From assembly GCA_035758565.1 (NCBI GenBank), contig DASTXL010000001.1, positions 75,242-139,241 of the forward strand: a stretch of DNA of 64,000 nucleotides, in the 5' to 3' direction. Below the pieces are notes generated by a model. That model was not told the origin of the DNA. It was given only the letters and a program-made list of their open reading frames with translations, and made no database searches. A program made the position numbers and the translations under genes. This document shows positions 61,534-64,000 of the stretch, in pieces (the first letter of the stretch is position 1; every line of letters starts with the position of its first letter). This stretch comes from Candidatus Saccharimonadales bacterium (GTDB taxonomy: Bacteria; Patescibacteriota; Saccharimonadia; Saccharimonadales; UBA10212).

Positions 61534-62637
61534 ATGAAAACAAAACAAACAGGATTTGCATTCGTAGAATCTGTTATTATATTTCTTTACGTTATCGTTA
61601 TCGGTGTTGGTATCTATCTAGTATGGCACAACGAAAATTCTAAAAATAAGCCTGCTGCAACTTCAGATCAGGCGTCAACTTCGTCGATAGCTACCTACAC
61701 CGACTCGGCCGGGGCGTTCAGCCTTAAGTACTCAAACGACTGGGAATTTAAGTATATCGATCCGGCTGGCACCGACAGTCCGGTACCTACGCCGGATTAT
61801 TCGAAACAAAGCCGGCCATTCACCCTGCTGCCGCCGCATAATCAAAAAAACCAACTGAACATCCAATTTGGCGCAGCCGATGCCATCCCGAACGATAAGG
61901 CCAGAGCCGATAAATTCCACACGATCAAAGAATTAACTATCAATGGGCAGCAGGCAATCCTCGACAAGCTGGTTTTTACCGGGCCATCTGCTGCCGAAAA
62001 GTACACGGACGATACGTACATAATTACTTCTGGCAGCTTTAGTATCAGCCTAACCTTCCGGGAGAACTACTATCATGATTCGCCTTACGAAAATTGGAGC
62101 GACAGCCAAGACCTAGCGGGCTTCGAGTCAATCGTTAACTCAATAAAAATTTCCGGAGCATCAAGCTCAGCCAGTCAAAGTGCTTCGTCCAAAACATCTA
62201 GCTCCAGTTCTTCGACCAGCTCCACTGAATATTTCACGATTTCGCAGTGGGGCGTTCGCGCGCCATACAGCGGCAACTTAACTCTCGAATACAGCCTTAA
62301 TAGCAGCGATAGCTTGCCGTGGGTAGGAACTTTCAGCTCAACTCAGTTGGATGCAACGTCTGCTCAATGCGCGAATAAAACCTACGGTGGCTCAATAGAT
62401 CGCTACCGCTCGACGGATGTCGTGAGATTGGCCGACGGTACTTCCTCGGGTCAAACTGCGGCAGAATACGCCACAACCTTGAGTAAGTCTGATTACGGCC
62501 ATGCGGGCGACTATTACTATTTTTTCCAGCATGCCCAAAGCGCCTGCGGTGACAATCAAGCTTCGAGCAATGTCGAAACTCAAACAAACAACGCAGTCAA
62601 AGCACTATTGCCCAACCTTCAGGTCATACCCCAATAA
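61534..62637 (+). CDS. Hypothetical membrane-anchored extracellular protein with Ser-rich linker
   Basis: N-terminal TM (FAFVESVIIFLYVIVIGVGIYLV). Poly-Ser segment. Two globular halves. Confidence 0.5.
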   Translation: MKTKQTGFAFVESVIIFLYVIVIGVGIYLVWHNENSKNKPAATSDQASTSSIATYTDSAGAFSLKYSNDWEFKYIDPAGTDSPVPTPDYSKQSRPFTLLPPHNQKNQLNIQFGAADAIPNDKARADKFHTIKELTINGQQAILDKLVFTGPSAAEKYTDDTYIITSGSFSISLTFRENYYHDSPYENWSDSQDLAGFESIVNSIKISGASSSASQSASSKTSSSSSSTSSTEYFTISQWGVRAPYSGNLTLEYSLNSSDSLPWVGTFSSTQLDATSAQCANKTYGGSIDRYRSTDVVRLADGTSSGQTAAEYATTLSKSDYGHAGDYYYFFQHAQSACGDNQASSNVETQTNNAVKALLPNLQVIPQ

Positions 62638-62661
62638 GCCTACTCTTGTTACAATTAAATG

Positions 62662-64000
62662 ATGGCTAAGTTCAGCTTAAAGAGTGATTATGAGCCGCGG
62701 GGCGACCAGCCGGCGGCTATTGCCAAGTTAACCGAAGGTTTAAATGCTGGTGAGAAAAACCAGGTGTTGCTCGGCGTGACCGGTTCTGGCAAAACTTTTA
62801 GCATGGCTAATTTAATCCAGAATACCCAAAAACCGACACTGGTTTTGAGCCACAACAAAACGTTGGCCGCACAGCTTTATAACGAATTTAGGCAATTCTT
62901 TCCGGACAATGCCGTGCACTATTTTGTTAGCTACTTCGATTATTATCAGCCAGAAGCCTATATTCCCCGGTCCGATGTTTATATAGAAAAAGACAGTGAT
63001 ATTAACGAAGAGATTGACCGTTTGCGACATGCAGCTACGGCAGCGTTGTTATCGCGCCGCGATGTGATTATTGTGGCATCGGTTTCATGTATTTATGGAA
63101 TCGGTTCAGTGGAAGATTACGATAACATGGCCCTGCGCTTGAAGCGTGGCGAACGCCGCTTGCGCGATAAAATGCTGCGCCAGCTGACCGACATTCAATA
63201 TAACCGCAACGATATAGATTTTCACCGCAGCACTTTCCGCGTACATGGCGACGTGGTTGATATCTTCCCGGCCGGCGAAGAGGCGGCTTACCGCGTAGAA
63301 TTTTTTGGCGACGAACTAGATAGAATTACGCGAATTAATCCACTTACCGGTGAAATCGAGGCTAATCTCGATGAGCTGACCGTCTTTCCGGGTAGCCACT
63401 ATGTAACGCCAGAAGAAAAACTCAAAAGGGCATTGGTTAAAATCCAGCACGAGGCCGAAGAGCGAATTGCTTGGTTCAAGAAAAATAACAAATTGCTCGA
63501 AGCCCAGCGCTTAGAGCAACGCATTAAATTCGACGTCGAAATGCTCGAACAAACCGGCTTCGTGAAGGGCATTGAAAATTACAGCCGCTATTTAACTAAC
63601 CGCGAGCCCGGCGAGCAGCCAGCTACCTTGCTCGACTATTTCCCGGACGACTATTTAATGATTATTGATGAAAGCCACATGACTATTCCGCAGGTTCGCG
63701 GCATGTATCACGGCGATCGTGCCCGCAAAGAAGTGCTGGTGGAGTATGGTTTCCGCCTGCCGAGCGCGCTCGATAACCGGCCGTTGACGTTCAGCGAATT
63801 CGAGCACCACTTGAATCAAGTTGTTTATGTCAGCGCTACTCCGGCTGAGTGGGAGCTAAGTCGCAGCCCTGAACCGGCCCAGCAAATCATTCGCCCGACA
63901 GGACTGCTTGATCCAGTTATAGAGGTTCGTCCGGTAGAAGGTCAGGTAGATGATCTAATTGCCGAAATCCGCAGCACAACCGAAAAAGGCCAACGCGTCT
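62662..64000 (+). CDS. uvrB: Excinuclease ABC subunit B (3' end outside window; not in the ORF track)
   Basis: Own translation from ATG 62662: [23 protein letters not shown]...[15 protein letters not shown]...[16 protein letters not shown]. Open to the window end. TACAAT lies 6 nt before the ATG. Confidence 0.95.
   Translation, partial: MAKFSLKSDYEPRGDQPAAIAKLTEGLNAGEKNQVLLGVTGSGKTFSMANLIQNTQKPTLVLSHNKTLAAQLYNEFRQFFPDNAVHYFVSYFDYYQPEAYIPRSDVYIEKDSDINEEIDRLRHAATAALLSRRDVIIVASVSCIYGIGSVEDYDNMALRLKRGERRLRDKMLRQLTDIQYNRNDIDFHRSTFRVHGDVVDIFPAGEEAAYRVEFFGDELDRITRINPLTGEIEANLDELTVFPGSHYVTPEEKLKRALVKIQHEAEERIAWFKKNNKLLEAQRLEQRIKFDVEMLEQTGFVKGIENYSRYLTNREPGEQPATLLDYFPDDYLMIIDESHMTIPQVRGMYHGDRARKEVLVEYGFRLPSALDNRPLTFSEFEHHLNQVVYVSATPAEWELSRSPEPAQQIIRPTGLLDPVIEVRPVEGQVDDLIAEIRSTTEKGQRV

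Overview
Gene-dense 64-kb chromosomal window, about half G+C by eye. Envelope genes are of the Gram-positive type: an LCP protein, an LPXTG protein, an L,D-transpeptidase and an M23 peptidase. The housekeeping backbone runs rnc (partial)-rpsP-KH-trmD, sodA, tRNA-Gln, a complete F1Fo ATP synthase operon (atpZ/I-B-E-F-H-A-G-D-C), zwf, two ABC-2 exporters, rarA, an RRM protein plus DEAD-box helicase, topoisomerase IB, rmuC, pheS-MazG-like-pheT, an FKBP, glutaredoxin/trxB and ppa. It continues with a sugar-phosphate block (gap-rpiB-rpe-like-split tkt-fba-pfkB) and ends in uvrB, which is partial and absent from the ORF track because it runs off the window. Gene content and protein flavour suggest a reduced-genome, Saccharibacteria/Patescibacteria-like organism; this is inference only. 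No rRNA, CRISPR array, transposase or integrase was seen. Main points for follow-up: (1) Four single-gene islets have sharply higher G+C (about 3.9-4.7 kb, 20.4-21.3 kb, 31.9-32.6 kb, 32.9-33.6 kb). Each carries an unrecognisable ORF with its own SD and a GC-rich hairpin, sitting behind an AT-rich sigma70-like promoter. One islet is bracketed by perfect 14-bp terminal inverted repeats. Two adjacent islets encode possibly paralogous 6-TM proteins. (2) A compact flavinylation and electron-transfer cluster: an FMN-binding protein with an SGAT motif, ApbE, an RnfD-like/FNR fusion and NDH-2. (3) Dispersed structured repeats, including an ~85-nt two-hairpin element in two copies, and an in-frame ~65-codon insertion in pheT that looks collinear with an intergenic element 3 kb away. 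(4) A zeta-toxin-like kinase next to a run of three genes: a tautomerase-like protein, a ChaN/Tiki-like protein and a membrane-anchored M23 peptidase. (5) Many genes show a -10 box 6-8 nt from the start codon, suggesting leaderless mRNAs. All functional calls come from motif recognition by eye; no database search was possible.
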